Origin: the human T2T-CHM13v2.0 reference genome, Homo sapiens
Assembly (NCBI RefSeq): GCF_009914755.1
Contig: NC_060939.1
DNA: 64,000 nt
Direction: 5' to 3' (one strand)
Shown piece by piece: positions 14,951 through 28,498 of this stretch. Position 1 is the stretch's first letter; the number at the start of each line of letters is the position of its first letter. The translations under genes were made by a program, and so were the position numbers. The notes below the pieces were generated by a model. That model searched no databases. It worked only from the letters and a program-made list of their open reading frames with translations, and was not told the origin of the DNA.

Positions 14951-16179
14951 GTTCCTTTACTTTCCCATTTTGACTCATCCTCACCAAAAGGACACTGCCA
15001 TGCATTGCTCTTCATTCAACTTATTTTATTTTCAGTGATTTTATAATGCCTATGCATATCATTTAATATTTCTGTAACTTTTCATTCAAATATTTACCTA
15101 GAAAGTATGAAGTATTCCCTTATGTGTACCTCTACAGCTTCTTTCCTTTGAGAATTTCTGATACCTTAAGATCAGTGATATAATAATTCTGCTACAGCCT
15201 CCTTTCTTCTCAGCTGCGATCCAGCTAATGAGCCACTGGGGGACCAAGGCTCAAGATCAGTCATGTATCCACTCCTTTCTGGCCCAGTGACCCCTCACAC
15301 AGCATGTCTTTGGGCCTGAAGGTCATTCTATCTGTCCACAAACACAGAATAAGCCACCATCTAGAAACTGCCCTTAATTCACAATGCCATTCTCCCTTTG
15401 CTGCCTAGGAAGATGAGCTGTGCTGAGTTTCCCTTGCCCAACCCAGGAAGACCGAAGACAGGCTCTCAGTTCTGTGTCTGCCTATGTCTGTCTCCAGACC
15501 AGGAGGGCATAGTCTTCTCTTTCCTCTTGTGTTCTCACACAGTGCCATCAGTCAGGGCCCTGCACAGCTCTGCTGAGACACCCCCGTGGCCATACTTGTC
15601 CCAATCTCCAACACATGACAGTATAAATTCATGATCACCCAGAGCATCATAAACACAGCTCCATCTCAGGAAACTCAGAATGCCAAAGCCTCCTTCTTCT
15701 TGTCTCTTTTGTGCAGCTTTGCCCTCTATCAAAACTTTTGGACCTTCAGAGTGCTTGATGAGCAAATGAGAAATTGCTTAGATTGGTGTCACTTCATCAC
15801 TTGCTGCTTGCCTGGCCCCACTCTGCCTCTCTCTATGTGTTCCCTGTCCACTGTTCTCTGTTGTCAGCCTCACAGCACCCAGAAGGAGCTATGGGCAGTA
15901 TCAATGGTTGTCTCCTAGCTCCCTTAGGGTGATTGATACCTCTCCACTTTTGCTCAAGTTATCCTCAGTATCTCTGATGCTCTTCTTATCTGACGAGCTC
16001 TTCTTCTTCCTTTGGAACTCAGCCAGATGCCAGTTTCAGGAAACTAGGTCCTAATTATAAGCTTCAGAGTGGCCCTCGTGTGACAGAATATAGTGCCACC
16101 ATATGACTTACTATATTCTATTGAAATGTGTTATTTGCACACTTACCTCCACGTGGGACTTTTGCCAAGATGGGCCCAA

Positions 16180-16392
16180 TGCCAACGTTATTGCCTCATG
16201 GTTACTGGCATTATCTTATATCAACTACCCTAAAAACCTAGGCATTGTTTTTATTCTCACTTTGCACATAAGGAAACCAAGGTTAAGTAGCTTGCTGGAG
16301 GTCACGAGGTTAAGAAGTAGCAGAAGGAAGTTTCAAATCCAATCTATCAGACCGCAAAGTTCATGCACTAAACCATTAGGCTACACTGCCTA
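16180..16392 (-). mobile_element. MIR
   Basis: ctcactttgcacataaggaaaccaaggttaagtagcttgctggaggtcac. Confidence 0.7.
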
Positions 16393-16990
16393 GTTCTTCT
16401 CCCCTCTTCCTCTCAGCCCTCAGCCCTCTGCCCTCTTCCCCACCCTCTTAGTAAGGGGGCCCAGCACTAAGTTGGCGCGTAATCAATGTTTGTCTAATAC
16501 AATGGAGTTGGGCCCCGTTTTTTACAGATAAGAAAATTACATTCCTATTGCCTTCATCAGAGCCAGGAAAATGAGCAGGACTTTTTATATGTCGGGGTTT
16601 TAAATAGATTTATTTCATGTTTTCCTAAGTGACTGAATAATCATCATTCTCATCAATACACACAGGCACAATACAACCTGCAGATGAAAAGACCGTATAC
16701 TTACAAAGGTAGTTTGTTGTTGAAATGTAAACATCTTGTGCTTACATGCCTCTAGATTCAGCTATGAAACACCTCAACCAGACTAAGATGCATTCTTAAA
16801 AATGAGGGGGAAAGAATATTAACTACACTTGCAAAATGTACGGTAATTTGTAAGGTGGCTTTTAACTGTTGCTGAGTCAAGGCTGTTCATCTGCCATTCC
16901 TCACTGTCCCTTTAAATACCACTCTCTGTCACTTCGGTGAAAGGAGAATGATGTATATTTCTAATTATAACCAACCAGGCACTTCCACAC

Positions 16991-17037
16991 TCTGTTTGGT
17001 TCCCTGCAGGTTACACTATTTGCCAATATCTATTTAA
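16991..17037. repeat. 47-bp donor segment, copied exactly at 21689-21735
   Basis: tctgtttggttccctgcaggttacactatttgccaatatctatttaa is present at both sites. Confidence 0.95.
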
Positions 17038-17185
17038 TTGTAGCAATAACAGGAAAAACTCCCAAATCCAACCAGCTAGAAATTCTCTGGCTCTCTTCCA
17101 CTTTAGTGGAATCAAATTTTTGCACTTGCGGTCATCTTTATATATGAGAGGAGAGTGAGGCTGGGAGAAACTTGGTGTTAAAAAT

Positions 17186-17355
17186 AAAGCAAAGTTACAG
17201 ACTCTCACTCTCTAGAGCTCATGGAAGATTCTGGCTTTTTATTATTAATGATTAGCATTGACACCATCCCCCAACCTCAAGAGCATGCTGAGGATCTTCA
17301 GGGAACTCCAGCTTGATCTGGGCAGCTGCCAGGGTTGGCATCTATCTGAAGATTC
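17186..17355. repeat. Copy 1 of a diverged ~170-bp direct repeat (copy 2 at ~18496-18665)
   Basis: Shared colinear blocks tcatggaagattct, ttattaatg.ttag, acaccatc, gagca...gagga..ttca, agcttgatc, cagctgcc, cagggttggcat. Confidence 0.85.
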
Positions 17356-17792
17356 TGTTCTCCTCCTGCCCATCATGTCAAGGTACCATGCAGGGTGAGT
17401 CAAAGTGAGTAGCATTGTGTGTCCACCCCCTGAGGCCTGCCTCCCACCCTGAAACCTTTGCCACCTCTCCCATAGCCACCACCTTCCTCTTTCCCATGCC
17501 TAAGGCTGCCTTGGCCCCTAAATACCCCCACCTGCCCCAACATTCACCATTGAGGGATGGGGGTTACCAATCAGCTACATCACTAAGTTAAATACTGACA
17601 ATATGCTACCAATAGGAGAACACCTTCTAGTTAGAAAATTCAGCTTTTCTTGATAATGCCCCTGCTTGTGAATCTAGCACAAAAGTCTCTCTAGGGACAG
17701 AATTCTAGAATGGTTAAGAATGTATTTTTAGGCAGATGGAAGCTTTTTAGAAAATCTTGGATTTGACTGCATCATAAATGGTGCAGGGATGA

Positions 17793-18247
<455 letters not shown>

Positions 18248-18495
18248 TGAAGATCCATATTCTTGTAGTTGAGGAGACTGAGGCTCGAGGAGACTGAGGC
18301 TCAAGGAGATCACATAGCTCTTCTGAGGTCACATGTCAAAATCGAAACTTGAGCCCTGCTTAGGGGATCTCTAAAGTGTTGATTTTCCCTTGACACTATG
18401 TGGGGACCAGGGGCAAGTGTTGGCCCAGGTCAAGTAAAGGTACAGCTTCTGCACATGGAGCCAGGACAAGAGCTGCTCTTCTAGAGAAGGATGAA

Positions 18496-18665
18496 TGGCA
18501 AGTTCCAGATTCTCACTATTTGGAGGTCATGGAAGATTCTAGGCTTTTCTTATTAATGTTTAGTACAACACCATCACCCTCAGCTTGAGAGCACACCGAG
18601 GACCTTCACAGCTAGCATCTGAGCTTGATCACAGCTGCCACCAGGGTTGGCATGTGTCAGAAAAT
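18496..18665. repeat. Copy 2 of the diverged ~170-bp direct repeat
   Basis: Colinear similarity to 17186-17355. Confidence 0.85.
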
Positions 18666-19179
18666 GCCTCCAACAGACACCTGTAACAGAGTTGGCATCT
18701 GCCCAAATCCAATGCCTAGGTAAGGGACTGTGCCCAGGCAGAGGCAAGGGACTACAAGGAAAGGGCCAAGTAACCAGGAGATGCACCAGATGCACTTAGA
18801 GAGATGCGAGAAAGCAAGAGAAGGGCTCCAGGGAGGGCCAGGGCAGGCCCACAGAAACTGGTTCATGGCTGGAACTCCATCTATTTGGTAACTGGAGGAC
18901 AGCGCAGAGACCTTAGCAGATGACTCAGTCATCTCTGGACCAGGGCCTCAGGACTAGGGAGGGATCTATTCTAAGCCTGGCCTGATGTTGAAGCGCTAAG
19001 CATATATCCCAATTCCTGGATAAGGCTGATCCCTGGGGAATGGCCCTGGTATCTTAGGTTACCAGATTGAGACACCTGCAGAGTTGTGGAGAAGTGAGGA
19101 CATTGACCCTGTCAAGGCCTGGGGCAAAGCTTGAATATGACCACATTTTACAGAAACCAACAAGGTGACCAACGCCCTC

Positions 19180-19570
19180 CACATTCAGTCAGTCAGCACA
19201 TTACTCAGTCACCAAAGCCTTTTTTGGGCACCTGTGATTCTTTCCTTCTACTAAGAGTTGGTGCCACCTGACTATGCAGTGTGTCATGTTCTGCTCTGGG
19301 TATTCTTAGACAAAAGCCAGATTCTGTGCTAGGTATCACAGGAGATGAGTCAGCCAGGCAGACCAAGATTCCCCCTCATGGAGTTTATAATCTAGTAGAG
19401 AAGATAGGATGCAAATTAGAACAGTTATAATATCCAGCTAAGAATCCCAGTGGAGGAGCAAAAAAGAGCTTTGTGTAACAGGAAAGAAAGAAGAGAACTT
19501 CTGATAAAGGGAGGAAAGAGCAGGGTGCCTAAGTTGATTTGGTGAGACTTCCAAGAACTTGGGAGCTTTG
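19180..19570 (-). mobile_element. L2 fragment
   Basis: ctgtgctaggt...ccctcatggagtttataatctagtagagaagatag. Confidence 0.6.
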
Positions 19571-20504
19571 CCGTAAAAATTATGAAGGACCAGGAGGCGT
19601 GGGCTGTAGGACTGAGCTTCAGGTCTGGGGTGACCCTCCTCTACATGACATGTGCCCCTTCTGTCCTCTCCAGCTGGTCCATTCCAATCCAGAAGTCAAT
19701 GCTCCTTAGCATCCTTCATGTCTATGTTAGACCTCAAAATGCTATCCCCCACTCTCCCTGCTTTTCCAGTGAAATATGCTCTTCTCCTGACAATTGCTGG
19801 CCACAATCCCCTCTACCATGAAGTAGTCCAAGATCAGATCTCTCTATCTTGACATCATTGTTGAATCCCCATTCCGCTAAGCATGCAAGACTGGGTGACT
19901 AGAGTTAGCAGGTCTCTCTTTACCAAAGTGCGCTTTGTGATATCAAACAGCAATACTCCTGAAATAGGGGATGAAAAACCAATCTGTCCTTCTGATCATA
20001 TTTGAAAAATACTAGAGAATCTTACGATGATCAGGTAGGAAATTGTTATTAAACAAAGTGATCATTTGGGACACCAATAATCCCAACTTACGTGTCTATT
20101 TTCTAAGTATGAATTCTAGAGAGGATTTTTCTTCTACCTTGTGAATCTACGAGTTCTTGGATATGTATTTTCATAGGAACTTTTCTGGAAATTGTCTCTG
20201 TCTTTAAATTGTAAGAGGACCTTGAGAACAGAGATGTCATTTTTTTAACTCATCCTCCCATCTGTGCCACTCTATGAGGCCTGAATGCTGGCCTGGCAAC
20301 CTGGGGGACACACAAGGTGCTTAGTCTTTGTGGACACTGTTGTCTGGCTGAATATAGGGATGCTTAATGCAAGTCAGCCCTTCTTTGAGGACAAACTTAC
20401 TCAGATCCATTCTGCAAGGCCTCCGTGGTCTACCTATTCCAGGTAGTAGAATTCTAAAGCCCTAGGAAATTGCATCCTTTGGCTAAGTTCTCTCTCCTCA
20501 ATAG

Positions 20505-20720
20505 CATGAAGCAGCATAATGTCAAAGAAAATGACCCTCAAATCAGGCAAACTGAGCTCGAAGAGCACCTTTGGTAATGACTAGCTGTGTGGGCAAAGTA
20601 CTAAACTTAACCTTTTTAAAGATCTGTTTATCTTCATAATGAGACTAGCCTATTCCACAAAGATGTGAGTGTGAAACAAGTCTGGATTGTTGTATGCCCT
20701 TAGTAAATGACAGCTATATA
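20505..20720 (+). mobile_element. MIR
   Basis: ctagctgtgtgggcaaagtactaaacttaacc; tagtaaatgacagcta. Confidence 0.5.
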
Positions 20721-21379
20721 CAGCATTCCTTCTTTGAATTTCCAAATTTTAATGAAAATTATTTTTCAGAATGAAATCTATGCTTTTTAAAAACTATTTT
20801 GAGTGTACACAATTATATTTGCTAATGGGCTGACTGAAGCTCAGACACATCTCCATAAAATATATTTATGCACATATTATATATCCAGACCCTACACACT
20901 ATGTCACTATATACCTGAGTATGCACGTGTTCTCTCTCTCACACACACACACGTACACACGTACACACACACACCTCAATCCCAAATTAATTGCAGGTGT
21001 AATGAGTATTTGGTTCCAGCATTAACTCCCAGTCCCTCGTCACTAAGGAATTCTCATTGCTCAACTGAGTTAACATCGCTTGTCTTGTATCGTAAACACA
21101 CCTGCCGGTAAGAGCTTCCCTAGAGTTCCTTAGTCACCAGTTCCTGAACTTAGCACTGACTGGGATGGACCAGCAGCCCCAGTTCACCTGGTTGCCATGA
21201 GAAAGAAACAGAACACAGCCCTTTGACAGAACTAACAAGGTCCTTGAGGGTTTGCTTCAGCCCTCAAATAAAAGAAAGAATGCCACATGCAGCTCTGTGC
21301 CTCCATGGAGGTAAGAAACACCTGCCATGCCTTGGGGATAACATCGACACCCCGCTCTTCTGACGTAATTGGCTGTTAA

Positions 21380-21565
21380 CTAGATCATATCACTAATGGA
21401 GTTTCATCGTCATTATTCATGCACCTGTCTTTCTCCTGTGCAGGACTGTGAGTTTTTGTGCAGGTGGAGTTTGTCTTATTCATCTCTGTGTCCCCAGCGC
21501 CTGTCTTCTGTAGCTTTTGGTGCACACTTTGTTAGTTGGATGAATGGATGAGGAATGGATGGGTG
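21380..21565 (+). mobile_element. L2 3' end
   Basis: gactgtgag...tgtcttattcatctctgtgtccccagcgcct...tggatgaatggatg. Confidence 0.7.
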
Positions 21566-21648
21566 GGTGACACATTTACTATTTGGGTCCCTATATCAGC
21601 TTTGAACTAGAGTCACAAGAAATTTTTTTAAAATAATTATTTACTCTA

Positions 21649-21690
21649 TTCTTCTTTTTCTTTTTTTTTTTTTTTTTGAGATAGGGTGTC
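21649..21690 (-). mobile_element. Alu 3' stub (poly-T plus ~13 nt)
   Basis: (T)n gagatagggtgtc resembles Alu antisense start (T)n gagacagggtctc, then switches to non-Alu. Confidence 0.75.
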
Positions 21691-21916
21691 TGTTTGGTTC
21701 CCTGCAGGTTACACTATTTGCCAATATCTATTTAACTTGAAACAGAATCCTGTGCTCAGGGAATATTCCTGTGCTCCCCAGTATCTGTCAGTTGCCAAGC
21801 CATTAGGTGGTCCTGGTGCTGAAAATGGAGCTGGTATTTTTAGCTCTGTTCTCTTATTTGTTTCTGTTGACTTTCAGGAAGAAAAGGCAGGAATGTTGAC
21901 TTTACACCATCATCTT

Positions 21917-22596
21917 CATAGTGGCCTGAATGTTTATGCTCCCCCCACTTCCCTCCACCCCCCGAAAGTCATGTTGATATCTAATCCCCAATCCAATAGT
22001 ATTAAGAGCTGGGGGGCTTCTGGGAGTTGATTAGGTCATGGGAGCACTTAATGCCCTTATTAAAAGGCCCCATGGTGTATATGTACCACACTTAAGCCAC
22101 TATCCTCAGCAAACTCACACAGGAACAGAAATCAAACAACACATGTTCCACTTACAAGTGGGAGCTGAACGATGAAAACACATGGACACAGGGAGGGGAA
22201 CATCACACACTGGGGTCTGTTGGGGTATGGCGGGAGGGAGAGCATCAGGATAAATAATGCATGCAGGGCTTATTACCTAGCTGAGGGATTAATAGGTGCA
22301 TCAGGCCAGCATGGCACACATTTACCTATGTAATAAACCCACATGTCCTGCACATGTACCTGGGAACTTTAAAAAAAAGCCTCCAGGGAGCTTGTTCTCC
22401 ACCTTCTGCCACGTAAAAGACACAGTGAGAAGGTGCCATTTATGAACCAAAATGTGGGCCTTCACCAGACACCAAATCTGCCAGCACCTTGATCCTGGGT
22501 TTTCCAGCCTCCGGAACTGAGAGGAGTAAATGTATGTTGTTTATAAATTACCTAATTTAAGGCATTTTTTTATAGCTGCCTGAATGGACAAAGTCA
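21917..22596 (+). mobile_element. MLT1A-like solo LTR split by an L1PA insertion
   Basis: tagtggcctgaatgtttatg...ttaggtcatg | cacagtgagaaggtgccatttatgaacca...ccagacaccaaatctgccagcaccttgatc. Confidence 0.85.
22069..22378 (+). mobile_element. Older L1PA (PA13-16-like) 3' end with a short 5' inverted piece
   Basis: ctcagcaaactcacacaggaacagaaa...gtgggagctgaacgatg...catgtacctgggaacttt(A)n; TSD-like aaaaggcccca/aaaagcctcca. Confidence 0.85.
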
Positions 22597-22939
22597 CCAA
22601 AACAGATGTCTTCCTCTGAGTTTCGAAGTGACAGCAGGAAGGGCTGAACCCTCATGTCTATTTCTCCAAAGATGGAGTGAGGCTCTGTCTCTGTGCTGTT
22701 ATTCTGTCCTCCCGTCCATCTGAACATCTTTAGCAAATGGTTCCTCTCTCCTGCTGTTCTTCAGCCGTCCTGCTGTCCACACCCTGGCAGCCTGGAGGTG
22801 GGTCCAGCCAACCATGGGCCTGATTCCTGAGTAGGCTTCACCCCAGCCTCAGTTCCCTCCTTGGGTGAGTTGGACTGTGTGACCTGAAAAAACAGAGTCT
22901 CAAGAGCTTTTTCATTCTCTGCATTCGAAAACAGGCAAT

Positions 22940-23055
22940 GCCCAGGGTGGTTAAAAATGTGAGCTGGGGAGTCCGATTGCCTGTGTTTGAATCCTAACTC
23001 TGCCCCTGCTGCCTGTGAGCTTTGCACAGGCCACCAGCTTTTCTCAATCCAGCTG
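22940..23055 (+). mobile_element. MIR
   Basis: gtggttaaaaatgtgagct...tgcctgtgtttgaatcctaactctgcc. Confidence 0.7.
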
Positions 23056-24122
23056 TCACGTGAGCTGTGCGGGCTGAATTGAGTTCATGTGGACCAGCAC
23101 AGTGTGAGCCACCAAGGTCAGCGGCTGAGCCTGAAGCTGACTCACACTGCTTCTTCCCAGGTACCCATACTTCACCAGGGGCAGAGAAATTTTCCAGTCC
23201 CCAAAATGAATCTCCCCAATACCTCAATAATCCATGGCTCCTCCATGCCAGATAATTTTATAATTTGTTTCTTCCACCCTGGGAAGAGAGGGGAGGGCGG
23301 AGGAAAAATGGTGCCTGGGGGGGTCATTGTCACTCCACTTTCCTGTCTTGCCACTTAATGGGTGGTCCTTTTCCTTGTAAGTCCTTGGTGACTCACAGAG
23401 GGATGGTGAGGGGGACTGTAATGCTACCATGTATCAGCCTTCTAGAGAGCGTTATAGAGATGGTTTTGGAGACAGGCATCTCCAGGACATTTTATCCCAA
23501 AGCTTTCAGTATAAAACAGAATATAAAGATAATCCTGAAAATCCTAAAACTTTTGGAGGCATTATCAGACAGGAAGGAGTTTCTTAGACTCTAGAAAGAC
23601 AGCACATGTTAGGAAAGGCACCAGACAACAAGACAGAAGACATGGGTTTCAGGATAGGCCTTGTCCATGATAATTGCAGTCTTGGCCAAGGCAGCAAAAC
23701 TCCAGGAGCCTTGGCTTTCCGAACTCTAAACCACGGATAACAAGGTTCTTTTTCCCAAGTTTGGTGTGAAAATTTCATGGGGATTTTGTAAGGAAGACAT
23801 TTGAAAATGATGATGTGCTATCAATATTATTATCATAAATTATGAATCATAATGGTAGGAAAAAGGGGAGTCTGAAAGTTAGATTTGTTTGGTGCTTCTC
23901 AGAATTGTCTGAGGAAAGAGGATTCTTGCTAGGTAAGTGTCACTCTCAAAGAAAAGCATATTTTACATTGTGAGCCAGGGCCCATATATCTATGTCTGTG
24001 GATATACATACAAAAAAAGGTTTCATGAAATAATACTTACCTTGAAAAAAATGGACTCTGATGTTTTGTATGCTTTTTTATTCCTCTTAAAATAAAATGC
24101 TAGTTATAAGTCTTTAAATTGA

Positions 24123-24338
<216 letters not shown>

Positions 24339-24395
24339 TGATTTTAAAACTACTAACAGGTCACAACTATAGCTTGAAAACTACTTGTCTAGATT

Positions 24396-24580
24396 AGGGG
24401 TTTGCAGACCCCTGTAAAGGACCAGAGAGCCCATCTCTTAGGCTGTGTGGATCACAGGGTCTCTGTTGTAGAAGGAAGCTGTATTCAACGCATGCATGAA
24501 TGGGCATGGCTGTGTTTCAATAAAATTTCATTTACAAAAACAAGTGGCTAGTCTACAGGCCATAGTTTGCTGACCTCGGT
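24396..24580 (+). mobile_element. MER58A (hAT-Charlie MITE)
   Basis: taggggtttgca...gaatgggcatggctgtgtttcaataaaatt...ggccatagtttgctgacc. Confidence 0.85.
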
Positions 24581-25352
24581 CCAGATAAATCCAAGTTCTT
24601 CAGGTAGAAATATTCCAAAGGACTATTCAAGTGTGATGTTTGCACTTTTGTCTCTAAGTTCATTGCAAAGCTTGCTAACAACTTCAATTTGGCCTCCCGT
24701 GCCAATTCCCCCACACAGAGGGAAAGAGCTCTTCTACCAGCAGGAATCAGCAAGCCCTGGGTCTTATGACAAGTCCTTCTCCCAGTGCGAAGTAACCAAC
24801 TGGCATCTGGTTTACAAATCAGTTCCTTTCCAGTTGAATTACTGTGAGTCATTGCCCAAGAGCCTGATCAGGCTTGCATGGAAAGAGAAATCATGTTTCT
24901 GAGCGTGCAAAATGAAGGACCAGACCCCAAAATATCACATCTCACAAAGTACTGCCTTTCATTCTCCACTCCCTTCCCCTGAGCCCCAGCTGAGAAAGGT
25001 CAGCCAGGTTGGCAGAGGATAAACTATGGAAACCAAAACAATCGTATGCTGGAATATGCAATTTCATTTTCAGTCAGGTCTTTGACATTGTGTGACCATG
25101 GGAGAGGTCACACACTGGTGAAGGAACACATGCTTACCTGAAATTTTCTATTATGCAATCTAGGTAGCTTTTTAGTTTCAATATTCCAAAAAAAATCTTG
25201 TTGCCATTCAAAATAAGCAGAAACCATTTATGTCCAATGTTTCTCCTGCAGCTTGTCCCAGACGAAAAGAGTACCCCCATTCAGGCTTTGTATGGTTGGT
25301 GTCTTAGGTTCCTGCAGACTTTGTTCCAACTATTAGAGTTCTTTGCCCTTAG

Positions 25353-25687
<335 letters not shown>

Positions 25688-26095
25688 CTTTAGCCTTAGT
25701 TTTAAAAAGAATAAAACACTGGGAATAAGATGAACTTGGGTTGTTAGATTTGTGGAATGAAGGAAGCCCTTCAGGACATATAATAAACGCTGAGGATAAG
25801 CCTCGGCTTCATGTCCCCCTCCTCCCTCCATCCCCTTTGCACTTGTTGGGAAACAAAGAAAGCCTCTCCCTGCAACCAGGACTACCATTCAACCACAGCA
25901 GCAGGAATATCATGCGTGTGCACTCCCCCATGCAAAATCAGAGCTACTGTCCCACTTGAGCGTTAAAATTAGTAGAATCAAGCCTGGCGACCCCTGACAT
26001 AGCCTCAACTGTGTGGGGAGAACCAATGCTTAAATGAATCCCCTTTTGTACGTTACTTAATGCCTAAAGGACACAGGGCTCATTCTGAGTTCACC

Positions 26096-26768
<673 letters not shown>

Positions 26769-28041
26769 TGAAGTAAAAATATTTACTAAGTTAAAAGTTA
26801 AGTGCATAAAGTATGCATGGTTAGAAGAGCTTAAAGGAAAACTGCATGCTCAAGTTTGTTGATAAATATTTTGTATGATATGTATAGAAATAAGATATTC
26901 TAATCTTTTAGGTTTAGGAGAACAAGTCTTTATTAATAAGTTGAAAACACAGGTATGGTTCTACAGACTAAAATTTCATTAAAATTCTACATTTTTGAAA
27001 CTCCTGCAATGAAGTGCAAACAGAAAATATTTAGAACCTGGCCAGTAGAGCAGAAGTCACCGTGAAGATTGGACTTGGTTGTGGTGTTATGGGATCCTGA
27101 ACAGAAGCTAATGGCAGCTGAAAAGAAAACCACATGTGGATAAAGTAGAAAGATCATCAGAGATGAGCTACCGATGGTCTTTTGAGTTCCATTTGAAAGT
27201 AATATTATGGAGAGGCTGGGGGAGAAAAAAAGAGTAAAGTAGTGACGAACTTGGCAGGAAAATACAAGAAGCTGAGACCATGTGAATTGGAGTATTTGGG
27301 GGACACTGAACATGCCAGGCATTTCTGCGTAGAACAGCCAAAAATCACCCAACTTCATGATTCCACGTTGTCTTACCTGTTCGGCTCATCATGTCTAGGT
27401 GACCAGAGGCAATGTAACCAGAAGAATCAAATGGGAATTTTTATTAAGGAAAGGAGCCATGGCCTTGACTTGGAAAACAGACTCAAACACCAGCGCTCAA
27501 GGGCAAGATGAGGCTCAAAGTGGAAGAATGAGCATGAAGATCGGAAGCCAGAAGAAGCAGCGATGAGTAGAGATGCCGCACACATACATGATCAGCACAG
27601 GCAGTGCAGGACAAAATCATGAACAAGATGAAAGCATGAACACCCAGATGAATATGGTGCCAGTCACAGTACAGGAATGACGCATGTTCTGCAACTTCAA
27701 TGGCGCAAGGAATACTGGACCTGGATGGTTGATATAATAACATAGCCATAAAGTATAAGAAGCAGATGGGATTGCCTCAAGATGATAATTTTGATTATTC
27801 AACATTGTTATGTTCATAAATACATCTTTGTGCAACATCTTCATCACAGATGGCAGACACTTGACACATGTGCGGTCAGTGGCAGGGATTACTAATTGAT
27901 CACAGTTGTTTTTTCCCCAAGGCTTGGATACAGCCTCAAAATTCTTCTCAATGTAGTCATCCAGTATGTTACAGATAGTTCGCTGTAATTGGTATATAAA
28001 GACAAACATATATGCTATCCTAATCTATAGATTATAGATAT

Positions 28042-28404
28042 TGATATGGTTTGGCTCTTTGTCCCCATCCAAATCTCATCTTGAATTGTAATCCCCACGT
28101 GTCAAGGGAGGGACCTGCTGGGAGTTGATTGGATCATGGAGGCGGTTTTCCCCATGCTGTTCTCATGATAGTGAGTGAGTTCTCATGAGATCTGATGGTT
28201 TAAAAGTATTTGGCAGTTCCTCGCCACCCGCCTCCTGCCACCATGTGAAGAAGGTCCTTGCTTCCCCTTCGCTTTACACCATGATTATAAGTTTCCGGAG
28301 ACCTCCTTAGCCATGCAGAACTGTGAGTCAATTAAAACTTTTTTCTTCATAAATTACCCAGTCTCGGGTAGTCCTTTATAGCAGTGTGAAAACAGACTGA
28401 TGCA
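28042..28404 (+). mobile_element. THE1D-like MaLR solo LTR
   Basis: tgatatggtttggct...ctgtgagtcaattaaa...ctttatagcagtgtgaaaacagactgatgca; 5-bp TSD gatat/gatac. Confidence 0.9.
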
Positions 28405-28414
28405 GATACAATAT

Positions 28415-28498
28415 GTAATCTATAGATATATTTATAGATTATTCTGTGTAATCTATAGATATATTGACAGATTATTCTGTATAAACTACAGATATATA
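28415..28498. repeat. 33-bp minisatellite (~2.5 copies)
   Basis: gtaatctatagatatatt(t/g)a(t/c)agattattctgt repeated. Confidence 0.9.

Noticed and set aside
23921-23938. gattcttgctag|gtaagt as a recursive splice site
   Set aside because: Pyrimidine tract too short, and no evidence for a host transcript or its strand
28415-28498. 33-bp repeats as a CRISPR-like array
   Set aside because: Contiguous tandem units with no spacers, eukaryotic context, no cas genes
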